A stretch of DNA of 64,000 nucleotides from an uncultured Nitrososphaerota archaeon (GTDB lineage: Archaea > Thermoproteota > Nitrososphaeria > Conexivisphaerales > DTJL01). Where the stretch lies: the NCBI GenBank assembly GCA_963842885.1, contig CAWJIE010000004.1, forward strand, positions 1 through 64,000, written 5' to 3'. Shown here piece after piece: positions 1-16,803 of the stretch. The position numbers and the translations under genes are program-made. The notes below the pieces were generated by a model that did not search any database, was not told the DNA's origin, and saw only the letters and a program-made list of their open reading frames with translations. The number at the start of each line of letters is the position of its first letter. Position 1 is the first letter of the stretch.

Positions 1-3000
1 ATTCGCTCGCCTCGCGCAAGCACTTCAAGATAGAAAGCCGCGACGGTGAACACTTCATCGTCGATCTCGACAGCAGCAACGGCACGTTCGTCAACGGCCA
101 CAGGATCACCGAGAAGCCGCTGAAGATAGGCGACAGCATCCAGGTCGGCGAGACCCTCATGTCCGTGCTCGAAGACGCCGAGCGGACCGACGCCGGCGGA
201 CTGCTGGGAAAGATAATCGCCGGCTACCGGCTGGACAAGCGCATCGGCCGCGGCGGAATGGGCACCGTGTACAAGGCCACGCAACTCTCGCTCGACAGGC
301 CGGTGGCGCTGAAAATCCTCTCCAACGACCTCGCCGACAACCGCGAGTTCACCGCCATGTTCATCCGCGAGGCCCGCTCCGCCGCCAGACTGTCGCACCC
401 AAACATGGTGCTGGCCTACGACGTGGGAAAGGACAAGGACAAGTTCTTCTTCGCCATGGAATACGTCCCCGGCGGCAGCGTCCAGGAACTCCTGGCGAAG
501 GAAAAGAAACTGCCCGTGGACCAGGCCGTCCACTTCGTCATCGAAGCCTGCAAGGGCCTGGAGTACGCCGAAAAACAGGGCGTCGTCCACAGGGACATCA
601 AGCCCGACAACCTGATGATAACCCAGGACGGCGGCATAAAGATATGCGACCTGGGCCTGGCGAAAAACATCGCCGGCGAGGAAGCCTCCAGCCGGAAAGG
701 AAGGCATCTGCGGCTCGCCCCACTACATCGCCCCCGAACAGGCCAAGGGCAAGGCCGTTGACCACCGCGCGGACATCTACTCGCTGGGCGCGACGTTCTA
801 CCGCATGGTCGGCGGCGCCACGCCCTTCTCCGCCGCGAACATCAAGGAACTGCTGCGCAAGCAGATTTACGACAAGCCGCGCCCCATAAGGGAAGTCGAG
901 CCGTCCGTGCCGGCCTCCATCGCCCGCGTAATCGAGAAGATGATGGCGAAGGACCCCGCTCAGAGATACCAGAGCGCCTCCGAGGTGATCAGCGACCTCG
1001 GCAGCCTGCAGGCGTTCGGCTACGACCTCGAACTGGAATCGGAAAACGCCCCCACCCCGCAAAGTCGCGGAGCACTCCGACACCGCGGTCGAACCTTCCG
1101 CCGACATCCCCATCAACCGTGGACGAAGAACCGATAAGCCTTGAGGAGGCGCCGCCGCCGCCGTGGCGGTAGTCCCGCCGCTGAAGGAACCGTCGCTGCC
1201 GCCGGTCCCGTTCCCGTGGAAGAAGGTGCGCCCGTACGCCGCCGTGGCCGCGGGCGTGCTACTGCTGGCGGGCCTCGTCGTCCTCGTCGTGCGTCGCAAT
1301 AAAGAGCCTCCAGAACGACAGGCCGTGGACGGACGAACTGGACGACGCGCGGAACCTTTCATACACCGACATGGGGGCCGCCGTGGCCAAGGTCAGGGCC
1401 GTCCCGGCGCAGTACCCCGGCAACAAGGACGCCCAGCAGGACGCCCGGACCGCCCTCGAAGAATTCAAGAAGCGCCTGTTCAACCAGGCCAAAAGCGAAG
1501 GAAGCAGGAAAAAATACGAATTGCTGAAAAAACTCTTCCCCGACGACACCGAGTTGGTTGAAAAGGCCAACACGCCATCGCCGCATTGGATAAAGGACAG
1601 GCGAGAACGCGGAGGCAAAGATTAGCCGCCGCGCAGAAAGACCTGGCCGCCATGCTGCAGGCCGCAAACGAATTCGAGCGCGCCAACTCGCGCGACCTGT
1701 CCAAGTACGCCGACATAATGGCCAAATACCAGGCGGTGCTCGACCGCAAGGACAAAGAACTACCCGCAACTGACGAACGACAGACCATCCAGGACATCGT
1801 GAAATCCGCCTCGGACAAGGTCGCCTACTACACGCCCGGTCCTGAAGGAAATCGCGAACATGACCGAATACGACCAGGAAGTCGCCGCCGTGCCAGGCCG
1901 CGCTGAAGGACAAACAATACGGAAAGCGCTCTGTCGCTGCTGGCGGAAATCAGACAGGCGTTTCCCTTCCTGATCAAGTTCCCGTTCATCGACGAGAAGC
2001 CGCCCGCGGATCGAATACTATCGAGGCCGCCGCCGACCTGGAATACCGCACTGAAATCCGCCCGAAGGCCATGAACCTCCTGCAGGCGGCCAAGTACGAC
2101 CCGCACTCGAAAATGTACGACACCTTCAAGGACGCCTACGCCGCTCATGGACGACTTCAAGAAAAGGTCGGGCGGCGGCGAAGCGTTCATCTCGGAAATC
2201 GACACCCTTGCCGCGCAGATGCAGCAACTCCAGCAGGTGCGCGCCAAGGCCGAAGACCTCATAGCCCAGAAGAGATACGACGAGGCGGTTCAACTGGCGA
2301 AAAAGGAACTGCCCGCAATCACCAACCCGGCCTTGCAGGAACTCGTGAACAGCGCCCTGAAGGAAATCGCCAGCCATCAACTCGACCCGCAAACCCAGCA
2401 ACAATCAAGGATTTCGACGACGGAAGAAGACGATAAGCGACGACATGGGCAAACTGCGCGTTACCGTCGCGCAGAACACGCTCGCAAACTTCACCCCGCC
2501 ACAGGAAATCAAGGCCGGAATACGACGCCCTCATGCAGGAGGTCAACGCGAAGAAGGACTTCCTCATCGCCGTCAAGAACGCCGTGAAGGACACAATCAA
2601 TGCCGGACAGCAGGTGATCCTGCCCTCCTCCGACGAGGCCGTGGCGTGGGTGGACATCGACACGGCGTCAAACTTATCAACACGGCCCAGCCGATGCCGT
2701 GGGGAGACCTCACCGGCAAGGATGACCTCTCGTTCCTTTTCTCATACGCCAAAGGGCGTCTGAAGACCGACTCGGAAAAACTCGGCGCCGGCGCTGCTCT
2801 GCGGCGAATACGGCAAGAGCCTCGACGTGTTCCAGATGGGCTACAACGCAATGGACGGCCTGGCCAAGGCCGACCCGGCGCAGTACGGCCCGATGATGGA
2901 AAAAGTCATCAGCACAATCCTTGACAAGATGAATCCGATTCTTCAGGCCATGCAAGACGAATACTGGAACCCGAACACGTCGCCGGAGCGCCTGAAGGAA

Positions 3001-3153
3001 CTCGACCAGTGAAATCACAGGCTATCAGGATTTCCAGCGAACGCTCCTCGCGCGGCAGAAACCGCCGGAGCAGCCGAAGCCGCCGGAGGGAGGAACGACG
3101 AAGCCGCCGGAAGGGGAACGAAACCACCGGCGGAGGGGGAAACGAAGCCGTGA
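1..3153 (+). CDS. FHA domain + Hanks-type Ser/Thr kinase + transmembrane helix + long helical C-terminal region (5'-truncated, multiply frameshifted)
   Basis: Frame 3 from base 3 reads SRKH...DLDSSNGTFVNG (FHA) into GRGGMGTVY, VALK, HRDIKPDN, DLGLA. APE and DIYSLG follow after a shift at ~700. Hydrophobic stretch at ~1240-1290. C-terminal KPPEG repeats end at TGA 3151-3153, overlapping the next GTG. Confidence 0.8.
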
Positions 3154-3447
3154 TAGAGATCAAGAGCGCGGGCGACGGCGTGGAGTTCGAGGTGAAGGCC
3201 GTGCCCGGCTCTTCCAGGACCGCCGTGGCCGGCGAGTACGACGCGAAACTCCGCGTCAACGTCGCCGCGCCGCCGGAAAAAGGCAAGGCAAACAAGATGC
3301 TCGTCGAATTTCTCGCCGAAGACCCTTGCCGTTCGCAGGAATGACATTACAATTGTCAGGGGCGAAACGACGCCCATAAAGCGAATCCGCGTCGCCGGGA
3401 TTTCAGCGGAATCGCTGCGGAAAGCATTTGCTAAATTCTCAATTTGA
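3150..3447 (+). CDS. DUF167/UPF0235 (YggU-like) protein, frameshifted near 3325
   Basis: VKAVPGSSRTAVAG...LRVNVAAPPEKGKANKMLVEFLA, then GETTPIKRI in another frame; TGA 3445-3447. Confidence 0.8.
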
Positions 3448-3519
3448 AACACCAAGAGCACCAAGAACACCAAGGAAAAATATATTTTGAATCTTGGTGT
3501 GCTTTGTGTACTTGGTGTT
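3448..3519. repeat. Mirrored 3x9-bp repeat hairpin (REP-like)
   Basis: AACACCAAG/AGCACCAAG/AACACCAAG (3448-3474), AT-rich loop, CTTGGTGTG/CTTTGTGTA/CTTGGTGTT (3493-3519). Confidence 0.8.
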
Positions 3520-3567
3520 GAAGATAAATTATGTCAGCAGACGTAATCATAAAGCAAGGAGAAAAAG

Positions 3568-4393
3568 TTGACCGAACTCAAAAAGAAAATCGAGCAGGCC
3601 GCCGCGTACATCACGACAGCGCTGCAAAATCAAGCCGCGGTTCGGCATCATCCTCGGCACCGGGCTTAACGCGCTCGCATCGCACATCAAGGTCGCGGCG
3701 GATTTCAAGTACGCGGACATCCCCAACTTCCCCGTCCCGACCATCGCGCACCACACCGGCGTGCTCCACGTCGGCACGATCGGCGAACAGCCCATCGTCG
3801 CCATGGAAGGCCGCTTCCATTACTACGAAGGCCACTCAATGGAGCAGATAACCCTGCCGGTGCGCGTCATGAGGGCGCTTGGCGCGGAAATCCTCATACT
3901 CTCCGCGGCCGGCGGCGGCATGAACCCGAACCACAACATCGGCGACATACTCATCATCGACGACCACATAAATTTCATGGGCGTCAACCCGCTCATCGGC
4001 CCCAACGACGAATCGCTCGGCCCGCGCTATCCTGACATGTGCGCGCCTTATGACGCCAAACTCGTGGCGCTGGCGGAGAAGATCGCGCTGGAGGAAAACA
4101 TCCGCGCCCACCGCGGCGTGTACATCGCCGTCAGCGGCCCCAATCTCGAAACCCGCGCCGAATATCGCATGATGCGGGCCATCGGGGCCGACGTCGTCGG
4201 CATGTCAACGGTGCCGGAAGTCCTCGTCGCCGTCCACGCGGGCATGCGCGTCGTGGGCCTGGTGGCCATAACCGACCGCTGCCTCCCGGACGCGCTGCAC
4301 CCGACGAACATCGAGGAAATCATCCGCGTGGCCAACGAGGCCGAACCGAAGTTGACGAAAATAGTGACCCGGCTTGTGGCCGAGGCAAAATAA
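3568..4393 (+). CDS. punA: Purine nucleoside phosphorylase (trimeric PNP-I/XapA family), frameshifted in 5' part
   Basis: AAGGAG RBS then TTG 3568; GIILGTG, GRFHYYEG, DHINFMGVNPLIGPN, GPNLETRAE, VGMSTVPE. Confidence 0.88.
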
Positions 4394-4400
4394 CGCGGAG

Positions 4401-4467
4401 GGGTCAGACCCAATTACGGAGCGCAGGACGCGCTTCGCGGCCCAGCTCGTAGATTGCGGTCTGACCC
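4401..4467. repeat. REP-like inverted pair GGGTCAGACC...GGTCTGACCC
   Basis: GGGTCAGACCCAATTACG at 4401 pairs with CGTAGATTGCGGTCTGACCC ending 4467; the same core recurs at 7381-7393. Confidence 0.7.
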
Positions 4468-4507
4468 GAAGCGAGCAAATTTTGACAACAAATGAATTGA
4501 GGACACC

Positions 4508-7364
<2,857 letters not shown>

Positions 7365-7367
7365 AAT

Positions 7368-7406
7368 GACGACAACCAAAGGGGTCAGACCCCTTTTGTT
7401 GTCGTC
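7368..7406 (+). terminator. Hairpin after ileS built around a REP-like core
   Basis: GACGACAAC-CAAA-GGGGTC-A-GACCCC-TTTT-GTTGTCGTC, starting 4 nt after the ileS stop. Confidence 0.6.
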
Positions 7407-7418
7407 CGTGCAACGAAT

Positions 7419-8692
7419 ATGCTGAACACCAAAACTAAAATAATCGCGCTTCTCGTCCCGGCGATCGTGCTCGCGACGATCGTCGTGCTCCTGGTGATTC
7501 TCTCGCTGCCCTCGAAGCCGGCCGCGCATGGTCGGCTGGGGCGAGAACATCCCCGTCGAATTCAGCCTGCACAAGTCCTACTTCGAACTCGCCGACCGCG
7601 CGGAGAAATCCACCGACGAGCAGATGAAGACAGACGCGGTCAGCGACGTTTTCCTTCGCCGACCTCGTGCGCAATCCCAAGAAATACGCCGGCAAACTGC
7701 TCGCCGTCAAAGGCCAGGTGCTTGACGTGCAGGCCGTCACGGCAAACCCGGACCTCTCCGACTGGCCGGGCGTCGAGCGCTCCAAACTGCCCGACCGCGA
7801 AGTCTATCAGACGCAAATCGCAGTGCTGGAAAACGGCGCGGTGCAGGAAATGTATTTCCTCCACTCGCTCGAATTCCCCGCGCATCTCTCGCCCGGCGAC
7901 GAGGTGACTTTCTCCGGCTACTTCTACGGCAACTACGAGGGGAAAATCGTCGAACAGAAAAGCGGCGCGCGGGCGCACGTCGCCTGGCCGCTGCTCGTCG
8001 GCAAGGCGATTGAGCCGGTGAAGAAGTTGGAATATCGAGGAGCTGCGGATGGGCGCCGACGGTTACGATCCATGTTCAGCGGCATCACGGACCGCACACC
8101 AATCAATGCGCAGGATACTGACGCAATTCGCGTATCAACCAAAAACACGGCACGCAACCGCAACCGACCTGACTTACTTCGACATGATGGTCAAGCCCAA
8201 AGGCATGCCGAGGCCGCGTCGTCCGCATCACCGGCGAAGTATCGCGCATCAGCCGCTGAAGGACGAGAACGTTCCCGCGGACATGAAAGACTACAAGCGC
8301 ATCATCCTCACAATCGACAAGGACACTCCTTTCACGCGCTACGCCGCAGCATATCTGCCGCCGGAAATGGCGAAGCAGGTCAAGGAGATGCAGGTCGTCA
8401 CGCTACGCGGTGTCTTCGCGAAGGTCGCGCAAGTCAAGGGCGGGCGCGACAAGACCGCAAACTTGCCGCTGATCGCCTGCTTTCCGCCGAGTCGATCACC
8501 TGGCCCAAGACGCAGGAGATGTACCCGTGGCTGAGGCTCGCGCTGGTGTGGCTCATCGTCTGCGCGGCCGTCACCGTCCTCGTCATCGGCATCATCTTCT
8601 ACATGGTCCGCCGCGACAAAATAAAGGAACTCGAACACCACCGCAAACTCGCCGACATAATCAACAAAGTCAAGAAAGAAAAAGAGGCTTGA
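7419..8692 (+). CDS. Hypothetical membrane-anchored protein with N- and C-terminal TM helices and two OB-fold-like repeats; frameshifted
   Basis: N-terminal hydrophobic helix; NPKKYAGKLLAVKGQV...GDEVTFSGYFYG...WPLLVG and a second ...VTLRGVFAKV...LPLI unit; C-terminal TM plus basic tail. Confidence 0.6.
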
Positions 8693-8797
8693 ATCCTGAG
8701 ACGCGGATGGCACCGGCCCGCCCTCGGCCCGCGATAGGGGCTTACACCGGATACCCACCTGACATGCGCCCTACACGCCGCCCGGCGGCGGAAAACG

Positions 8798-8826
8798 TTG
8801 CGGAATGGGGATGATGGTGATAAAAT
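8798..8826 (+). promoter_or_regulatory. Putative sigma70 promoter with extended -10
   Basis: TTGCGG (8798-8803), 17-nt spacer ending TGA, then TAAAAT (8821-8826), upstream of the PPIase gene (RBS AGGAG before TTG 8911). Confidence 0.55.
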
Positions 8827-8910
8827 ACGTGTTTTGGGCATGCGGAAAACCGCGGCGGAGGCAGCGGCGCTGACGGCGCGCGGCCGCCGCATATTTTCAG
8901 GAGAGACATC

Positions 8911-9830
8911 TTGCGTAACAGCAGAATACTTGTGGTTTGCCTGGCGTTCCTTGCGGCGATTATCGCGCTGTCGGTGGGCGTTGTGTTTGCGGCCGGCGAG
9001 AAGTCCGCGCCTTCGCCCGCCACTGGCGCCGCTCCGGCCCCCGCGCTGCCGCCCAACATAACATTGGGAACCCTCGGAAGCGACGGCGCATTGACCCTGG
9101 GCAACCTCACTTTGGGCACTTTTGCCCCTCCGGCTGCTCCTCCGCCCCCGCCGCCCCCGGCACCCGCTGATGATTCCACGATTGCCGTGATTAACGGGCA
9201 GAAGATTGAGCGAGGCGAGTTGGTCAGCGCGCTTATGAAGAAGTACGGGCAGGATGAGTTCCAGGAACTGGTCATCGAGACACTGCTGAAGCAGCAGGAA
9301 AAGCAATACGGCGTGACGGCCACCGCGGCTGAAATCGACGCCGCCCTTGACCACGAGGTTGACAGCCAGATAAGCCAGGAGAAGGCGCAGATTGAACGCC
9401 AGTACCAGGGCATGGTTTCGTGGGAAATGTACCTGAAGCAGATGGGCATGACCGAGGCGGACAGGCGCAAGAAAATCCGCGAGCGCCTGACGGGCACGCC
9501 TGATGACAAGGAAATGCTCAAGCGCAGCGTGGTATGGGCGAAACTGGCATGGTACGACTATCTCAAACACGACCGGGTCGAAGTGGCGCAGATACTGGTC
9601 GAGACCGAGGCGGACGCCAAAAAGGCGCTGCAGGAACTTCACTCGGGCAAGGATTTCGGCGACGTGGCGCGCTCGATGTCACTGGACCGCGAGTCGGCCG
9701 CTTCCGGCGGCCACCTGGCTGAGATGTTCAGCGAGGGTGATTACAAGGTCCGCCAGGACATCCCCGGCCCGGAATTCGAGCACGCGGCGTTCGCGCTCAA
9801 GGTGGGCGAGGTGAGCGCGCCGGTGCAGGT
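8911..9830 (+). CDS. PrsA/SurA-like foldase with parvulin PPIase domain; 3' end cut by junction
   Basis: Signal peptide, Pro-rich linker, IAVINGQKI, QILV...KDFGDVARSMSLD..SAASGGHL...EFEHAAFALKVGEVSAPVQ. The expected terminal GyHII strand is missing. Confidence 0.8.
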
Positions 9831-10082
9831 GTCGAGTTCGATACCGTTCTCTACAGGGTGAGCGGCTGCGAGACCCCGGTGCTCACTCAGGAGCCGACCC
9901 GATTCCCGGCTACACACGTCTTGACCTCAAACTCGCGTTCAAAGGCAGAAACAACAACGAATGGGCTTTCGGGGTTCAGAACACGCTGGAGGGCAAGCAC
10001 CTCGAGGCCCGGGTCTGTATATGGTGAGCCGCCCACCTATGTTGGCCGAAGTTGCTATGTAAAGACTACTTACCAGTTCTAA
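9830..10082 (+). CDS. 3' end of a TonB-dependent outer-membrane receptor (partial, frameshifted)
   Basis: IPGYTRLDLKLAF...WAFGVQNTLEGKHLE from 9902, then GRSCYVKTTYQF* with a terminal aromatic beta-signal; directly upstream of yfiR. Confidence 0.7.
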
Positions 10083-10088
10083 TTGTCC

Positions 10089-10183
10089 GTTCGGGCGGAT
10101 TTGCAGTCCTGCCAGACCTGTTCGGGCGGATTTGCAATCCTGCCCGTATCGACCACCTGTTCGGGCGGATTTGAAGTCCTGCC
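10089..10183. repeat. Three tandem REP-like palindromes GTTCGGGCGGATTTGCAATCCTGCCC
   Basis: Copies start at 10089, 10120 and 10159, separated by short spacers. Confidence 0.85.
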
Positions 10184-10198
10184 GTACCAAATATCAAA

Positions 10199-10869
10199 TT
10201 GGAGCCGCAGGGAATGAGTAGAACCTTGGCCTGCCGACTGATAATTACCGGCATCTCAATATGCGCTCTGCTGCAACCTTTGGCTGCAGGGTCAAAACCG
10301 ACGGAATACGACGTCAAGGCCGCGTTCTTGTACCAGTTTACAATGTTCGTGGAATGGCCGTCGAGCGCTTTGCCGATAGCAGTTCACCGTTCGTCATCGG
10401 GGTATGGGAGGTAATCCGTTTGGACACTCCCTGGACGATGCCGTGCGGGGCAAGGACGTGTCCGGAAGACGCATAGTGATAAAGAGGTTCAGCAGGCTGA
10501 GTGAGCTGCAGAACTGCCAGATGCTGTACGTCAGCACCTCCGAAGTCAACCGGGTTTCCAGCGTTATCGATAAGACAAGCGGGCAAAACACGCTCACAGT
10601 GAGCGATATAGAGCGCTTCGCCAGGGAAGGTGGAGTAATCGAACTCAAGACAACCGACGGCAGAGTCGGGTTTGAGATTAGCACCGGGGCCGCCAAGCGC
10701 TCGGGGTCAAGATCAGCTCCAAGCTGCTGAGGCTTGCGAGTTCAGTGCGTTGCTTCATTGCGGGCAGGATTGCAAATCCGCCCGAACGGAGGATTGCAAA
10801 TCCTGCCGAACGGGGTCTCCGCCCGAGTGGGAGTCCGACGATTGTCAAACAAGATGTGGGGGACACAAC

Positions 10870-10873
<4 letters not shown>
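10199..10873 (+). CDS. YfiR/DUF4154-family periplasmic regulator, frameshifted
   Basis: Signal peptide, EYDVKAAFLYQFTMFVEWP, GGNPFG, CQMLYVS, LTVSD..FAREGGVIEL, VGFEIS, KISSKLLRLA (frame from 10706). Confidence 0.82.
10762..10811. repeat. Two REP-like palindromes, inverted relative to the 10089-10183 cluster
   Basis: GGGCAGGATTGCAAATCCGCCCGAAC (10762-10787) and AGGATTGCAAATCCTGCCGAAC (10790-10811). Confidence 0.8.
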
Positions 10874-13999
<3,126 letters not shown>

Positions 14000-14003
<4 letters not shown>

Positions 14004-15917
14004 GGGTTCTGATAGCCGAGGACTCCCCCGTATCGAGAAAATTGTTGGAGACCATCCTTAAGGAAATGGGGATACGAGGTCATCGTCGTCGAAACGGGAA
14101 CCGACGCGGCGGATGTGCTGTGCAGCCCCAACCCTCCCAGACTGGCCATTCTGGACTGGATGATGCCGGGAATGGATGGGGCTGATGTATGCCGCACCGT
14201 CCGCGCGCGCGTCACCGAACCCTATATCTACCTGCTGCTGTTGACCGCCAAGAGCACCAAGGATGACATCATCGAGGGTTTGAGAGCCGGTGCTGACGAT
14301 TATCTGACGAAGCCCTTCGACTCCAGCGAGTTGGAACTGCGCGTGACCGCGGGCAAGCGCGTGCTCGATCTCCAGTCTAACTTGTGCGGGCCAAGGAGTA
14401 CCTTCACTAGAAGACCAGAGCATCCTCTGAACGGGCCTGCCCAATCGTCTCCTTTTCGGCGACAGGCTGTACATAATCTGGCCCAGGCGCGCCGGCGCGA
14501 TGAGAAACTCGCGATTATGTTCATCGCCTGGATTCGTTCAGTACGTCAATGACACGCTTGGCCACAGCGTCGGCGACCTGCTGCTAAAGAGCGTTGCCGA
14601 ACGGCTGACCCACAATCTTCGGGACGTGGACACGATCGCCGAATGGGTGGAGATGAGTTCACCATAATCCAGACCCAGGTCAACAACGCTCAAGATGCGA
14701 TCAGCGTCGCGTCGAAAGCGCTCAGGGCATTCGAGGAGCCATTCGTTCTCGAGGAGCATGAAGCGTGCGTATCGGCCAGCATCGGGATAAGCATCTACCC
14801 CGACGACGGGCCGGATGCCGAGACCATCGTTTGCACGCGGACGGCAGATCAGGCGAAGTCTCACGGCAGGAATAGTTTCCACTTGTATACTCGCTCGTTG
14901 GATCACGCTTCCGCTCGGAGGGTGAGTATCGAGAATAACTTGCGCAAGGCTCTCGATTGAACGAGTTCATGCTCTTTGATCAGCCCAGGCTCAGTGTCAC
15001 GACCGGTATGATTGTCGGCGCGGAAGCCCTGATACGCTGGAACCATCCGGAACACGGCATGGCAATGCCGGACTAATTTATCTCGGTCGCCGAGGATCTG
15101 GCTGGATTACCCCTATTGGCGAGTGGGGACTCAAAACAGCCTGCAGGCAGAACAAACACTGGCAGGAGATAGGACTTGCTCCAATAGAATTGGCGGTCAA
15201 CGTGTCCGTCCGGCAGATAAGAAGCGGCGACTTCAGGCGGACCGTGGAAGAGGCCCTCAAGGAAGCCGGCCTGGCCTGGGAGTTCATGGGCCTCGAACTC
15301 ACGGAAAGCGCCCTGGCCGCGAACCCGGAACGGACAATCGGCGTGCTCCAGGAACTCAAGGACATGGGGAGTGAGGGTCTACATCGACGATTCCCGGCAC
15401 TGGATATTCATCGCTATCATATCTCAAGAAACTGCCGATCAACGCAATCAAGGTCGACAGATCATTCATCAGCGACCTTACTTTTAACCAGGATGACTCC
15501 GCGATAGTCCGGGCCATCGTCGCTATGGCGCATAGCATGAAGCTGCGAGTGACAGCCGAAGGCGATAAAGTCCTCGACCAACTGGCGTTTCTCAAGGTCA
15601 TCGGTTGTGACGAAATGCAGGGCTACTTCGTCAGCCGCCCGGTTCCCGCCGAGCAGTTCGAGGAGCTTCTGCGGCGAGGCAAGCTGCTCGACTGCCAAGG
15701 AGAATCGAAAGGCCGCCTTATCCCCACACCTGTCACGGGCAGGATTGCAAATCCGCCCGAAACGGGGGTCTCCCTCATGCCACCTGTCGCGGCCGCATTT
15801 CAAATCCGGGCCGAACGCCCTCACCATCCGTTGGGGCGGATTTGCAATCCAGCCCCTCACTCTTTGTTGGAGCGGATTTGCAATCCAGCCCCTCACGCTT
15901 TGTTGAGGCGGATTTAG
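14000..15917 (+). CDS. Response regulator REC-GGDEF-EAL (diguanylate cyclase/phosphodiesterase), frameshifted
   Basis: MRVLIAEDS, ILDWMMPG; NDTLGHSVGD, GGDEF; AEALIRW, LELTES, MQGYFVSRP. ATGA overlap with the Hpt stop. Confidence 0.85.
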
Positions 15918-15930
15918 CAATCCAGCCCCT
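15737..15930. repeat. Cluster of ~5 REP-like palindromes of the same family
   Basis: GGGCAGGATTGCAAATCCGCCCG, one degenerate copy, then three GCGGATTT(A)GCAATCCAGCCCCT copies at ~31-32 nt period. Confidence 0.8.
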
Positions 15931-15945
15931 ATCTTACGGCCTGTA

Positions 15946-16555
15946 TCACTCCACCACTATCGTCTGAGCTTGCACGACTTTGTTGGCGCCCGGCACGCCG
16001 GTAACCGCGACATACTTGTCGGCGCCAAATCCGGTCGGCAGCCCGACGCCATTGACATTGACTGTCACATTGCCGGTGTGGCCATCGCTGATGGTGAATG
16101 ACGTCGTCCCGTTCACGCTCTTGACCTTGCCCCAGATCTTGACTGTTCTACCTATCACCTTGCCGTCGATCAGAACGCTTTGGTTGTTCATCCCGTGCAG
16201 CCTATCGAACGTGGCCGAGATCGTGTGGTTGGCGGTTACGTTGCTGAACGTGTAGCTGATAACGGGAACGATCGACACGCTATCCACCAGCAGATTGGCG
16301 ATGCCATATCCCGCCGACGGTGTGAGGGTGAATGTCTGGCCCGTACCATAGTTGACGGTCACGACTCCACTCGGGCCCACTGAACCGTTTGGCCCGGCGG
16401 ACGCGGTGATGGTAAACGTGTTGCCCTCGTTGGCCAGCATCATGACGTCAGAGGCGCTCAGAACGGAGTTGTAAATCCTTAACTGGTCCATTGCGCCACT
16501 GAAGTAGTTGACATTGGTCTGGAGGTTGCCGAAGTGCAGCGTCGGCGGCGAGCTC
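15946..16555 (-). CDS. 3' part of a secreted protein: LamG-like domain end, beta-sandwich repeat and C-terminal OB-like domain (5' part lost at junction)
   Basis: FSGAMDQLRIYNSVLS (LamG); FTITASAGPNGSVGPSG...YTFSNVTANHTISATF; GRTVKIWGKV...FTISDG...YVAVTGV. Confidence 0.7.
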
Positions 16556-16803
16556 TTGGCGCCGGTCGGCCCCGTGCCGGTCAAGCAGAACGTCTGGATC
16601 CCCCTGGAGGTGACCTGCGATGGTCTGGCGGTGGAGCTGGACGCCTCCCCCGAGAAGGCCTGGGACTCTCTCAGGGTTACGTTGGCAAAAACGCGACCGT
16701 GAAAACATCCTACGGGGTGCCCTTCGCCGGCTACCTGGCCGTGGGCTACCTTCTGGCATTCGGAGCCCTTCTGGTTCAGGGGCTCCAGCTCTTCTGCGTA
16801 TAG
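16555..16803 (+). CDS. Probable 3' end of an archaeal prepilin/prearchaellin peptidase (A24B-like), partial
   Basis: KQNVWIPLEV...SPEKAW..., then (V)KTSYGVPFAGYLAVGYLLAF, resembling the VWVtpGiPF..l..Gy C-terminus of FlaK/PibD. Confidence 0.45.
   Translation, partial: LGAGRPRAGQAERLDPPGGDLRWSGGGAGRLPREGLGLSQGYVGKNATVKTSYGVPFAGYLAVGYLLAFGALLVQGLQLFCV

Noticed and set aside
8733-8775. Degenerate GTAG-type REP (ATAGGGGC...GCGCCCTAC)
   Set aside because: Single poor copy; insufficient support.
10089-10183. Possible CRISPR array (also 15834-15930)
   Set aside because: Spacers are only about 6-13 nt, copies are degenerate and dispersed in both orientations, and no cas genes are present; REP-like instead.
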